Source of the DNA: Octopus vulgaris | Taxonomy: Eukaryota | Direction of reading: 5' to 3' | NCBI GenBank assembly: GCA_951406725.2 | Contig: OX597820.1 | Span: forward strand, 54,560,001-54,624,000 | DNA: 64,000 bases | Shown here: one piece after another, positions 26,623 through 39,991 of the stretch | Position numbering within the stretch: the first letter of the stretch is position 1 | How the letters are laid out: every line of letters begins with the position of its first letter | Translations under genes and position numbers: made by a program | Notes under the pieces: generated by a model | What the model was told of the DNA's origin: nothing | What the model saw: only the letters and a program-made list of their open reading frames with translations | The model's database searches: none

Positions 26623-26886
26623 AAATAAGAAAATGGAGAAATACATCTAAATCAAATATCAATTACCAGATAATACTCAATCACATACTTTATTAAACCA
26701 CCACATAAGAAACTATAAGGTTAAACATAAAAAAGTAGAACAAAACAGTGTACATAAAGGAGTGTACATAAAAGAGTAATGTTATACAATAAGTAGAATA
26801 TATATAAGAGAATATAAATATAAGTAAATATAAATATAAATATAGTCTATATTTATATTTATAAACTCCTAAAATTCAAAAACCTA

Positions 26887-28025
26887 TTGAACAGCATAAG
26901 CCCAAATATACAGTTCACAATGGAATACAACAAAAAGGAGCTCCCATTCTTGGATATACTAATTAAAAATATTAACCTTAAAATAGAGACAGACATTTTT
27001 TACAAAGCCACAGACGCCAAACAATACCTACTTTTTGATTCATGCCACCCAAGACACACTAAAACAAACATCCCCTTCAACCTTGCAAGAAGGATATGCA
27101 CAATAGTGTCAGAACAAAATACCAGGAACTTTAGACTGCAAGAACTCAAAAACACCCTAATTGACAGACATTACCCAGCTCAACTCATAGAGGATGGGAT
27201 CAGACGTGCAACAGAAATCAACATAGAAAATTTTTGAGAAAAGTTCAACACAACAACACACCTTCCCCGAAAATACTACCTTACATATCCACATACAACC
27301 CCAGAAACAAAGAAGCCTTCACCATCATCACCCAGAATTTACCAATACTTCATAAGGACCCCAAATTAAAGGAAATTCTAAACACACACCAAATCATTAA
27401 AAGCTACAAACAACCTAAATCACTTAAAAAGATTCTCACAAAGGCAAAATTGTTTTCTGAAATTACGGATGCAAAAGTAAAAAAATGTGGTAGACCGAAC
27501 TGTGCAACATGTCCAAACCTGCTAGAAGGATCAGAATTCCTCTTCAAAGAGGGACAGAAATTCAAGATCAAATCTAATTTTACTTGTGCCTCTGAAAACA
27601 TAATTTATGTCATAAAATGCTCGGGCTGCCACCAAAACTACGTGGGGTCCACGGGACTATCACTCAGACGTAGATGCACACTGCATCGACAACAGATTGC
27701 ATTCCCAGAATACAGAATGATACCCTTTATTGAGCACATTGAGAAATGCGCAAAGCAACTACTACCACAATTCTTAATCTTTCCATTTTACCAATGTGCT
27801 ACCGGAACACCAACACAAATTAGACTAAACAAGGAAACATTCTTCATTGAAAAATACAAGCCCAAACTTAACCATTCCAACATTCTTATACAGAGAAACT
27901 CACTCCAAAAAAAAAAGGCAAGAAATATTAAGCGATTATCTCCCTTACACCGGAAGAAATCACTTATTTCCTCCCCTTATCTGGAACTCTTCTTCACACT
28001 TCTCAACGTAAACATAACGATGTAA
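26887..28025 (+). pseudogene. PLE RT thumb + GIY-YIG endonuclease, frameshifted at ~27235
   Basis: IQFTME..LPFLDI..TDIFYK..QYL.FDSCHP; linker CGRPNCATCP; NIIYVIKCSGCHQNYVGST..LRRR..LHRQ (GIY-YIG); ends KPKLN followed by a read-through tail. Confidence 0.9.
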
Positions 28026-28063
28026 GAAATTTGAAAAGCTGAACGCGAAACCGGTCATTTCTT
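28024..28063 (+). ncRNA. Minimal type I hammerhead ribozyme, U3-A8 variant, in the PLE 3' region
   Basis: Stem I aagaaat/atttctt; core TTGAAAA; 2-bp stem II gc-tgaac-gc; GAAA; palindromic ACCGGT; GUC site (cut after 28056). Confidence 0.7.
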
Positions 28064-28215
28064 CAAAAACTATGTCATTGTATGAAAAAAATTTATAACA
28101 TTCTTCAGACATAATGACTCAAATATATATTTTTTAACCTTTTAAAACAAGCCTTCTGTAGTTTTTTCACTTTTTACTATTTTATATATATATATATATA
28201 TATATAATGTCACAC

Positions 28216-28944
28216 AATGATGAATATGTATAGTGATGAATTGAACGCTGTTAAGTTTGTTTTTTTTTAACGTTAGAGGATATAACGTCAAAGGTAGCCT
28301 ATAGAAAGAGGGGAGGGGGGTAAAGGACAGAAAAAACAGAACCCAAATAATTTAGAAGTATAGAACGCTATGTAAATTAGATAAAACCCTAAACTCTTGG
28401 AAGAAGATATATCTAGTGGAAGTGAAATGTAAGAAGAAAATGATGCTTAAATTATATATAATGGTAGATATCACTTATATGAACTAAAGGTGTGTGTCTG
28501 CCAAACCGTGTTTACAAGGGGAATTTTAGAAAAAAAAAGAATAAAAATTAGTTCACAATTAGCAGAGAAGACATAATTTCTTGCCATACATATATCTTGT
28601 TCCAAGACTTTAGGATTTTATTTAATTTACATATCGTTCTATACTTCTAACTTATTTGGTTTCTGATTTTTTCTTTCCTTTACCCCCCCCTCTTTCTATA
28701 GGCTACCTTTGACGTTATATCCTCTAACTTTTTTTTAAACAAAAACTTAATAGCGTTCAGTTCATCACTATACATGTCCATCATTTTCTGTTAAGATGTT
28801 TTATTGACGAGTTTTATTTCTTCACTTCTCTAAAAAGAAGATTACATTTTTTACACCATTTTATTCCTTTGGAATAATACCAATGATATCTTCGAAACAT
28901 GTGTCGGAAGTAAAAGAATTTGAATAACACCAGCGTTTAACTCC

Positions 28945-28950
<6 letters not shown>
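28216..28950. mobile_element. Fold-back PLE-like element with decayed hammerhead
   Basis: Arms 28216-28412/28590-28785; 28824-28911 reads acttct-CTAAAAA-gaagat..atcttc-GAAA-catgtg-TC-ggaagt; (TA)n on both sides. Confidence 0.7.
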
Positions 28951-30145
<1,195 letters not shown>

Positions 30146-30454
30146 TATTCAAAATCTCAATATCTCTACACCACTTCTAACACTCTATACATATACTCGC
30201 ATCCCGACATTTTCTCTCTTTTTTTCTCTTCTATTTTCTTCTCTTGTATTCATTCTATATTCATTCTAAAATCCTTTCAAAATTTTCTCCCAGGTGTTAC
30301 CCATTAAATGCGTCTTGGCCTAACGGCCCTTAATGTTAGTTTTCGTCGATTGTTAACTGTGTCGTTGTTTGTTCGTGCGAAGCTCTAACTTTCCAGAAAT
30401 TTCATATTTTTAAAAATTTCTGGATGCTGCTGTTTTACGAAGTTTTCCTATATT

Positions 30455-30850
30455 ATAATAATAATAATAAAAACATTGTGTACAGTGTTCAGGTGCACTA
30501 CAACTCATCTAAAGTGTATGTATAATCAGGTGTAGTTTCGGCGGATTTCGGAAAGCATGAGGGCCTTAAAGGATGCAGTGTCATGGCAGTCAACAACTGA
30601 CGCAGGCAGTTTGTTCCATGCTTCAGCAACTCTGAGCGTGAAAAAATGTTTCCGAAAATCATGGGAGCTGTGTTGTTTTCTGACTTTGTAGGCATGTCCA
30701 CGTGTGTTAGACACATGAAGATCAAAAAGGTGTCTATGTGTTGTTGTTGGTGAGGTGGTTGATAACTTTGTGGGTGTTTACCAAGTCCATCGCCAGACGC
30801 CGGAGCTTCAGTGAATCCATGCCCAGAGAAACAAGGCGCTCAGAGTAGTC
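30455..30850 (-). mobile_element. CR1 LINE (family 2) 3' fragment
   Basis: SNTRGHAYKVRKQHSSHDFRKHFFTLRVAEAWNKLP; (TTA)n tail. A smaller piece lies at ~25655-25775. Confidence 0.88.
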
Positions 30851-31282
30851 GACAACTGAGGAGGGGTTTAGGCTTCTTTTGGTATTTTGTCTCATACTTG
30901 TCTCTCATTATGTGTTTACGTACTTTTCACTCGTTGGTGATGTCCTGTTCTTATTGTATATTCTTTGGTAATTCGCCCTTACTTATTGCTGTCACTCGTT
31001 GGTCATGTCCTGTACATGTATTTTATATTAATTCATATATATATATATGTCTGTGTGTATACATATATACATATATGTATACATTCATGTATATATATTC
31101 TCCTCCTATATAGTCGAGCAAATCGATCCCAGGACTTATTATTGTTTGTAAGCCTAGTACTTATTCTATCTGTCACTTTTGCCGAACCGCTAAGCTACGG
31201 GGACGTAAACACACCAACATCGGTTGTTAAGCTATGTTGGGGAGACAAATACAGACACACAAACATATACACACACACACAC

Positions 31283-31373
<91 letters not shown>

Positions 31374-33879
31374 TATACATACGACGGGCTTCTTTCAGTT
31401 TCCGTCTACCAAATCCACTCACAAGGCTTTGGTCGGCTCGAGGCTATAGCAGAAGACACTTGCCCAAGGTGCCACGCAGTGGGAGTGAACCCAGAACCAT
31501 GTGGTTGGTAAGCAAGCTACTTATCACACAGCCACTCCTACGTCTATATCCAATTTACTCACAAGACATTAGTTGGTCCGAAACAATAATAAAAGATGTT
31601 TGCCCAAGGCACTGAACACGAATCCACGTGGTGACGAAGCCAACTTTTTAACCACACAGATGCCTATATATAGCGTATGATCTTGCTCTGAAACGAAAAC
31701 ATGTAAGTATATTCCCCTTTTCCCCTTTGCATCTCGCCAAAGTTTCATTCCGCAACGAAATTATTTTTTGAACATATAAAATATTACTTTGGTATAAGTA
31801 TTCTTTAAAGGTTGCTGCTACGTGTGAGTTAATAATTATTTTAATAACTTGAGGCCATTCACACTGCAACTAATTTAGCCTGGCATAAGCTGATAAAAAA
31901 ATAATATCTTATGCAGACACAAAATGCACAATTTTAGAACACACGTGCTTTTTCCATTTTAGCAAATTTTCTTAATTATTTTAACAAGAATGCTTAGTAT
32001 AGTGTCTGCATAAAATAATTTGAAATTACTTATATAACAGGATAATTTCATTCTAGATCGGGTTAATTTATTTGAAACAATAAAACAACCAAAAAGGCAC
32101 AACCAGCTGTCACTCACTCACGAGTGAGACTTGGTAGTAAATTCCCTCCAATCTGACACCACTGGGACCGAAGGATTGCCGGATAACTGAATTTTCCGGA
32201 TATCTGATCATCACTTTTTATATCACCATAGCCCTTTGCAGCACTCATTAAAACTATACACGTATATCAGTATTATCATTAACATTCTAAGACGGCGAGC
32301 TGGCAGAAACGTTAGCACGCAGAGAGAAATGCTTAGCAGTATTTTGTCTGCCGCTATGTTCTGAGTTCAAATTCCGCCGAGGTCGACTTTGCCTTTCATC
32401 TTTGCGGGGTCGATTAAATAAGTATGCACTGGGGTCGATATAATCGACTTAATCCGTTTGTCTGTCCTTGTTTGTCCTCTGTGTTTAGCCCCTTGTGGGT
32501 AGTAAAGAAATAGGTATTTCGTCTGCCGCTACGTTCGGAGTTCAAATTCCGCCGAGGTCTACTTTGCCTCTCATCCTTTTGAGGTCGATAAATTAAGTAC
32601 AAGTTGCGTACTGGAGTCGATCTAATCGACTGCCCCCACCTCCCCAAAAATTTCGGGCCTAGTGTCTTAGAAAATATTATCATTAATATTCTGAATATAG
32701 TAGAAATGAGAGGAAGAAATAAAAGTATAATTCAAGTAAAGCACGAGTTTTTATGAATCTAATAAAACACAGGTACTGTAAATGCAGTAAAATGTAATAC
32801 TGTGCTATACTTGAAGAAGCAACGATTTCAGATACAGCAAAATGGACAATTAATTAAAAAAAAATTAGTGCAAATTCTCTTGACTCTAATGACACAGCTG
32901 GTTATCTTCTTTGGGTTAAATGGTAGTAACGTCGAACAGCCATATTGATGTGGCGATAAACATTACTTCTTAGTAACTACTCTCATGTTTTATTGAGATT
33001 TTCTAACTTTTTGTTTATTCCAAAATTGTTTTGTCGCAAAATTTCCCCAGAGAAGGATGGCTCGGTTATCTGAAGCTTCACCGGCACATAAAGACTATTT
33101 CTGTAAAGAGATAAATTTTCGTGCAAGCATGAGTAACCTTTTTCAAGAAGGGGGCCTCATGAAACATAGTTCAGTATTAAGTGGGCTGCACCTCTAAAAA
33201 AACATGTTGGTAATTTTTCAATAGGCGTACTATTCAGAAGTCCTGCAGGTAGCAAGTTGCCCATAACTACGCTAGTGTATTACTCGTATTCATATTATCG
33301 ATACAGATGTTCCAACGTTCCTTCTACTTCACCACCACCTTCAATACTGTTTTCTAACAAAGGCACGAGGTCTCAGATTTGGATGAAGAGGAGCAATTGA
33401 TTATATACGTTGGTATTTGCACCTAAAAATGATGTTCTGATGAAAGAACATGGCTCAGTGGTTAGAGCGTTCGACTCATAACGATTAGATTATCGATTTA
33501 ATCCCTCAATCGAGCGATGTGTTGTGGTGTTGAGTAAGACATTTCATTTCACGTTACTCCAGTGCACTGAGCTGTATTGACTACCAGCCATAATACTAAA
33601 ACAGCCCCCTATTTCTCTCCACCTAAATGTTCCGGCTGAGGCATAGGTGGAAGGTGCTTAGAGGATAATCTGCGTCTGCTCGCGACTATATAGGTATCTA
33701 AAACGGTTAAGGAAAGCAAGGCACATGTTATCAAGCTATACTTGCCTGTATACGGCTAATTGTACTTTGTACAATGATGTTCAGTTACATTGTTTTATAT
33801 GGGTGGAGAGTTTTAAAACATCGACTTTTGAATGGGCTGATGTAAATATTACCGATTTCTAAGCAGTCAAGCTTACTTC

Positions 33880-36714
33880 TAGCCCGAAGAGCTGGGCGGC
33901 CTCTGCAAAGCAGGATGTGATGCGCTGCGAGGCTCTTTCTGCACAGCCCTGCTTCCCGCCGTTGTTGATGGGGAATGGCTATGACATGTCGCTATTCAGG
34001 CGGACTTGTCTTCGTGAAGCTGGATTGTCATGGTTAGGAATTTTGGGGGACAGCCAAGTCGGTTTAGGGTCTGCCACAGATCTTTCCTGCTCACAGATCG
34101 TCAGATATACAAATAAAGTGGTTTGTTTTGCTCCTGGCACTTTTCTTAGAACTGCCTGAGAACGGAAACCATATCTGTTGTGCTCCTGTTGGCTCTGAAA
34201 CTACATTGGCTTTTTGGAAGATGATTTTCAGCAATGAAAGGAACAAGTCTGTTGAGGAGTAAATCTTGCTAGAACTTTTCCTACGGTGGAAAGCAGAATG
34301 ATCCCCCGGTAGTTTGAGCAGCCAAACTCTTCCCCTTTGTTTTTGTATAGTGTAATAATGACGGCATTGCAGAGATCTTGTGACAGCTTACCCTGTTGCC
34401 AGCATGCAACGAGGAGCTCATGGAGTTTAGCATGTATGACAGGAACCCCATGCTTCCATATCTCTGGTAGTATGCCATCGACTCCTGCTGCCTTTCTGCT
34501 CTTCAGCCAGCCTATGGAAACTGTGGTCTCTTCCAGGGTTGTAGGCGCTCGTTTAGTTCCACTCAGACTGGTTGCTGCTGGGTGTGGAGGATTGCATTTT
34601 CCTGAACAACTCAGTTTGCACTGAAGAGGGCCTGAAAGTATTCAGACCAGCGGTTGAGGATGGATGCTGTGTCTGTGAGAAGCGCCAAGCCATCTGAGCT
34701 GCCCAGGGGACTCCGGACTTGATGTGCTGGGCCGTAGACTGCTTTGAGAGCTTCATAGAACCCCCTGTAGTCGCCAGAGTCAGCGCACAGCTGGGTTCTC
34801 CGTGCGAGGCTGGTCCACCACTCAATCTGAACTTCTCGAAGTTTGCGCTGCAGTAAGCTGCAGGCTTGGCCAAAGGCCGCTTTCTTCTCTAGGCAGGTGG
34901 GTTGCGCCAAGTGTGCTTGGTGGACAGACCTCTTCTTCAATAATTTCTGGATCAGCACATCGTTTTCGTCAAACCAATCCTTGTCCTTTTTCTTCGTAAA
35001 CCCAAGTATTTCTGCAGTGGGCTGTAGGATAGCGGTTTTCAGTTGTTCCCATAGGATTTCTGAAGACGGGTCTGAGGGGCGATTGGATTTATCAAGTTTT
35101 GCCTGTAGGCCTGCTTGGAAGTTTACTTTCACTTCGTTTATCTGCAGATCGCTAGTTTTGATTTTCTTGTTGTTGGCCGTTCCTGTCTTTTTCGCTGATT
35201 TGGGCTTGAAGTGTGGTTTGAGTTTGCAACAGACCAGGCGATGGTTATTATGGCATTCTGCGCTAGGCATCACTCTAGTGTGCTTATGCACACTAGACTG
35301 GTCTCGTTGGCGCTCTAGAACACAGAGGTGCCAGTGTTTTGATCGGGGATACATCCAGGTTGTTTTCAGACTCTTTACTGGAAGATGGTATTGGTGATGA
35401 CGAGCTTATGTTCGGTGCGAAACTCAAGCAAGAGTCGCCCGTTGTCGTTACAGTTCCCAACCCCATGCTTTCCGAAGTCTCCTTTCCAAGTTTCTGAATC
35501 TCGGCCCACTCTGGCATTGAAATCTCCTAGGATTATGATTTTATCATCGACGGGAGTTCTCTGGAGGAGTCTGCACAGGTCTGAGTAGAACTTGTCCTTG
35601 TCTGTTGGGTTTGCTTGGAGGGTCTGAGAAGAAACGCTAAAGATCGTGACATGCTGCTTGTTTTCCAGAGTAAGACGCATGGAGATGATGCGGTCAGAGT
35701 GACCTGCTGGTAGGGTTTCCAGCATTGAAGCAAAGGAGTTTCTTATCACGAAACTGACACCTGAACGGCGTTTTTCTGATGGGGGTTTGCCTGACTAATA
35801 TAGGATGTATCCGGCGCCATGTTCTTTCAAACTGCCTTCCTCTTTGATAGCCGGATTTCACTAAAGGCTGCGATATCAATTTCTAGCCTGGACAGTTCAT
35901 GTGCAATGAGAGCCGATCGCCTAAGTAAAGAATGGTTCTGACGTCCCAGCGTGCAATCTTCAGACATTTGGCAACATTTGAAGGGTGTTTGAAGTCTTTT
36001 CTTTTTGTATTCGTGCGTATTTGACCGCTTGAAGATGCCCGATGGTCGCGGTTGGCCAACTGGGTGTGTAGGAGACGAGCTTTCTTTAGGCCACCTTCTC
36101 TAAGCCTCTTCCATGTAGAGCAAGCAGTGTTCTCCCAAGATAAGGCTGCTTGGTCGTTCGGGATGCAGCTGAGGGATATTGTCGTCTCCAAGTCAACACC
36201 ACGCGACCAATGTCCCGAACCACCTGCATGCAGGCTGGAAGTTGCGGCTTCCAATGACATCATCTACCTGTCGTTTTCGCCCCATTTCCCATCGTTATAG
36301 GGCTTGGAGAGTTGTGATCGTGGTCGTGGACGTGAACAGATCCTTCGGCCTGCGCGATGGAGTTTTAAGGTGAAGTGCAGTCTGCGCAGAACTGGCCCCC
36401 ACCTTTTACACCCGGAGTTCATCTGCCTTGGCCCAGCAAGCTGGAATAGTGACAGAGAGGTCCTCCGGTCGTAGGCTTTATATCGGAGTGACCTTCTCCT
36501 AGACAGGCTGCCGATCATGCCTAATGATCCCCAACTGCTCGGAGCAGCCTGGTTATACTGCACCAGACACCTGTAATCGTCCTCTCCTGCTAGTTTAGAT
36601 CCAGGTGGTACCACGAGGAGGTCGAAGTAGGACTTGGGGTTTGCGTCATTCTTTGGAAGTTTTAGACCAATATGGTGCTCACCCGACCAACATCTGGTGA
36701 CTATGTGGACCCCC
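33880..36714 (-). mobile_element. RTE-clade LINE: 5'UTR + APE + partial RT, 3'-truncated and decayed
   Basis: IIILGDFNARVG, GVGNCNDNGRLLLEF, HKLVITNTIF, PRSKHWH, LP.SQCSFRANRSTTDM; many frameshifts; the segment containing YADD is deleted near 33950. Confidence 0.92.
36579..36714 (-). ncRNA. HDV-like ribozyme fold (partly decayed) at the RTE 5' end
   Basis: Minus strand: P2 gtcctacttcg, P3 acc, L3 tcctcgt, P3' ggt, P1' accacct, P1.1 gg, short linker, ctag, P2' caggagaggac; the 5' P1 strand is imperfect. Confidence 0.6.
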
Positions 36715-36899
36715 ATTAACTACCCAATTGACCCCAATACTTATTTTATTAAAGCCTGGCACCGCTAAAGTAAAGGGACATAAACAAACCAGCGCCGGTT
36801 GTTAATCTGTGGTGGCTATATAAGAGACATTTGATCAAGTACCATTCAGTGAACCTGAACCCAGAATCATGTAGATGGAAAGCAAACACATATGAGGAA

Positions 36900-37410
36900 A
36901 CAAGGTCAAGATGCGTGAAATATCTACCCTCCCCCAATTTTTTTCACCACAAATTCCTTTCTAATTGTAATCGCCACCATCTGAAAGTGGAAAATTTGCA
37001 GAAAATTTAATTAAAGAAACCCAGTTTTCAGCAAGTTGTGAGGAAACAAAGCTGATATGCGAATTTTCCGAAACTCCTCTTCCTGCTCCCTCGAAATGAA
37101 TTTTCTTCCAACAAATTCTTTTATAACCGTAATCTACACCGTTTGAAAGATATTTGTATAAAATTTCATTAAAAAATATCCGGTTTTCTGAAAGTTATGA
37201 GGAAAAACATTTGGGTCGTATGAATTTTCCAAAACACTTCTCCCCTAACCCAGAAAAAATCTTTCCCAACAAATTCCTATATTCTCGGAATCAACAACAT
37301 CTGACAAGTATTTATTGAAAATTTCGTTAAAAAAAAGTAGCCATTTTTCTGAAAATTATGAAGAAAAAAAGTCGGCGTGGCACACTTGTGTATGAATGCT
37401 TTATTGGTTT
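36900..37410. repeat. ~160-bp diverged tandem repeat (about 3 units), possibly inside a Helentron/HINE-like element
   Basis: The caaattc..aatc..ca...tga..tttc.g.aa.tt.tga.gaaa block recurs at 36950, 37112 and 37270. Confidence 0.65.
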
Positions 37411-38438
37411 GTAATACATGCACGGCGTCCAGGAAAGCGCAGCCGTGGTAACCAGAGTCTGCGATACAGGAATATGCTGAAGAGACTTATGAAGAACTCT
37501 AGTATCTCCCCAAAGGAGAAGGCTCTGGGGCGCGATGAACAGCATCGAGCACTGAAGCTCGTAACTCCATCTATAGTTGAGAAACCACGGAGAGAATACG
37601 GAAGATGGCGGCCGTTTCATAATTTTTTTTACAGCCAGTTACTAACAGAAGTGCTTAAATTCCCTTTGCCTTAAATTCTCTAATTGATGACGACATTAAC
37701 TGCAAGTGGTATTAAATATTTTGACAAATAGAAGGCTACACGGATATAAACACAGCAACATGTGATTAAATTTATGCATCCGGCTTCTCTTCACACGAAT
37801 AAACATGTTGAAGTAGATATTTTAATATCTGCCTCTAATATCCACTTATAGTAAGCAAAAGGAGGACTTATCTCCACTTTTTTTTTCACTTCTCAGTTTC
37901 ATTTATGCATTCACTTCTCCCTGTGACACATGAATCAGCAAAGGAATATTTAGCCCGGAGATCTGGAATCCCTCACTTCTATATTCGTTTCTTCTCTAGG
38001 CACAAGGCCCGAAATTTTGGGGGAGGGAGCCGGTCGATTAGATCGACCCCAGTACGCAACTGGTGCTTAATTTATCGACCCTGAAAGGATGAAAGGCAAA
38101 GTCGACCTCGGCGGAATTTCAATCCCTCACTTCTATATTTGAATACATATGAGAAAAAAAAATTAAGCCTTAAAATCAAAGCAGTAATGTAATATACTAA
38201 ACAATTAATAAAATGAGATTTTGCTTTTTGTTTCTTATTTGTTTGTTTTAGCAGACAACTACTTTCACAGGTTCTTAGGCACTTGTAATTATCCCAGCAT
38301 TCTAAAAACATTCCATACACGTGCGTTGCGCCGTCTCATGATTCGCTAGAAATGGTGACCAAAGTACCTGAAATACGCAATGACACCCTATCATATACAT
38401 GTGTATCTATGTGTGTGTGTGTGCGTCTGTGCGTGTGC

Positions 38439-38476
<38 letters not shown>

Positions 38477-38584
38477 CCTAATGTTGCACTCATGATTACT
38501 AAATCGTGGGTTCGATTCCCGGATTGGACTGTGTTGTGTTCTTGAGCAAGACACTTCATTTCACGTTTCTCCAGTTCATTCAGC

Positions 38585-39625
38585 TTGCGACGGAGCAGCC
38601 AGATCTCCTCTCCGTTCCGAGACAAATTCTGTGAAGTAGTGGTACGTGCTTGCCCCAGCACTCTTCTGTCTTTACTTCGCAGTTGTGCTCGACACCATTA
38701 GAATCAATCTACACAAAGGAGTTTTCATGCGTACCAGAACTGATGGAAAGATCATCAACTTGGCCCACCAAAATCAGGGAAATGTGTGTCAGGAAGCTAT
38801 TCTACGCAGACGAGTCAGCTTTCCTAGCCAGCAACATTGAGGATATGCAACACATTGTGGACCGGTTTTCTTGTGCAGCAGGCATGTTGGGTCTCGAGAT
38901 CAACACTTCGAAAACTGAGCTGTTCAATCAGCTTCCAATAAGATGTCCTAAAAGACTGAGAGATCCTGAGCCAGTGATACTACTCGGAGAGCCCTTAATG
39001 TACACTGACGCCTTTACGTGACTTGTACTAAGTCTTCTGTTCTCAAAGTTGTGAGGTGAATACAGTGTGCTACAAAAGCCTTTGGCTCTCTCAAGAAGCG
39101 TCTGCAGAGCTGCCATGCAACGCGAAGATAAAGGTACAATACCACAGTGCTTCCTTACCTCCTCCGTGCCATAGGATGCATGGCCCTCTACCGCAGGCAC
39201 ATTAAAGCCCTGGCGCAAGTCCAACTTCGTCATCTGCGCTCCGTCAGATGGCGGGACTGCATTCCAGATGTAAAGATCCTATGCCGCACTGGGGCAGTTA
39301 GTATTGAGGCTCTTATTACCTCATCGCAGCTACGCTGAGAGGGACATATTTTCAGGATAGAAGGCAGCCGACTCCCGAAAGCAGTTTTTTATGTTGAACG
39401 GCGTCGATGGAAGCGCAGCTGTGGTGACCAGAGTTTGCGATACAGGCATATGCGGAAGAGACAGACATATGAAGAACTCTAGTATCTCCCCAGACATACA
39501 TGGGAGGTGAAGGCTCTGGGGCACGATGAATAGCATAGAGCACTGAAAATCGTAGCTCCAGCTATAGTTGAGAAACCACGGAAGGAATACGGAAGATGGC
39601 GACCGTTTCCCAGCCTTCATCATGC
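38585..39625 (+). mobile_element. RTE LINE RT 3' fragment, decayed
   Basis: VLAPALFCLYF, LFYADESAF, MQHIVDRFSCAAGMLGLEINTSKTE; a related short piece lies at ~37415-37615. Confidence 0.85.
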
Positions 39626-39912
39626 AATAATGGTTTTTATTTTAGTATATCATAAATTATTCTACATGTTTGCACTGATATGCATGCTTTAGTTGTATAG
39701 CATGCATATATATGCAGACATTTAAAATAATTTATGTATCACTAAAATAAAAAGTATTATTATATGGTGAAAGGTGTGAAACTTCCGTCATCCTGCGAAA
39801 TATCAACTGGTGAAATAAATATATTCATCTCACATACTTCCTGATCTTTTATTATATATATATATATTTATTTATTTATATGTATGTATGCATGCATGTA
39901 CACACATACATA

Positions 39913-39978
<66 letters not shown>

Positions 39979-39991
39979 TTATATATATCAT

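Larger units (their letters stand above)
26860..28185 (+). mobile_element. 5'-truncated Penelope-like retroelement (Neptune-like), within (TA)n-bounded sequence
   Basis: RT C-terminal and GIY-YIG ORFs followed by a 3' hammerhead; AT palindrome at the 5' junction (~26829-26863); (TA)n at 26497-26615 and 28183-28206. Confidence 0.92.

Noticed and set aside
32135-33100. Possible pogo/Tigger-like relic
   Set aside because: Only one terminus-like segment was seen; no matching TIR or transposase motif.
34614-34650. ctgaaga-gggcct-gaaa-gtat-tc hammerhead-like string
   Set aside because: No stem I pairing, and it is the antisense of RTE coding sequence (WSEYFQALFS); coincidental.
36900-37410. Repeats considered as a CRISPR-like array
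   Set aside because: The units are long, diverged tandem copies without unique spacers, in a eukaryotic context with no cas genes.
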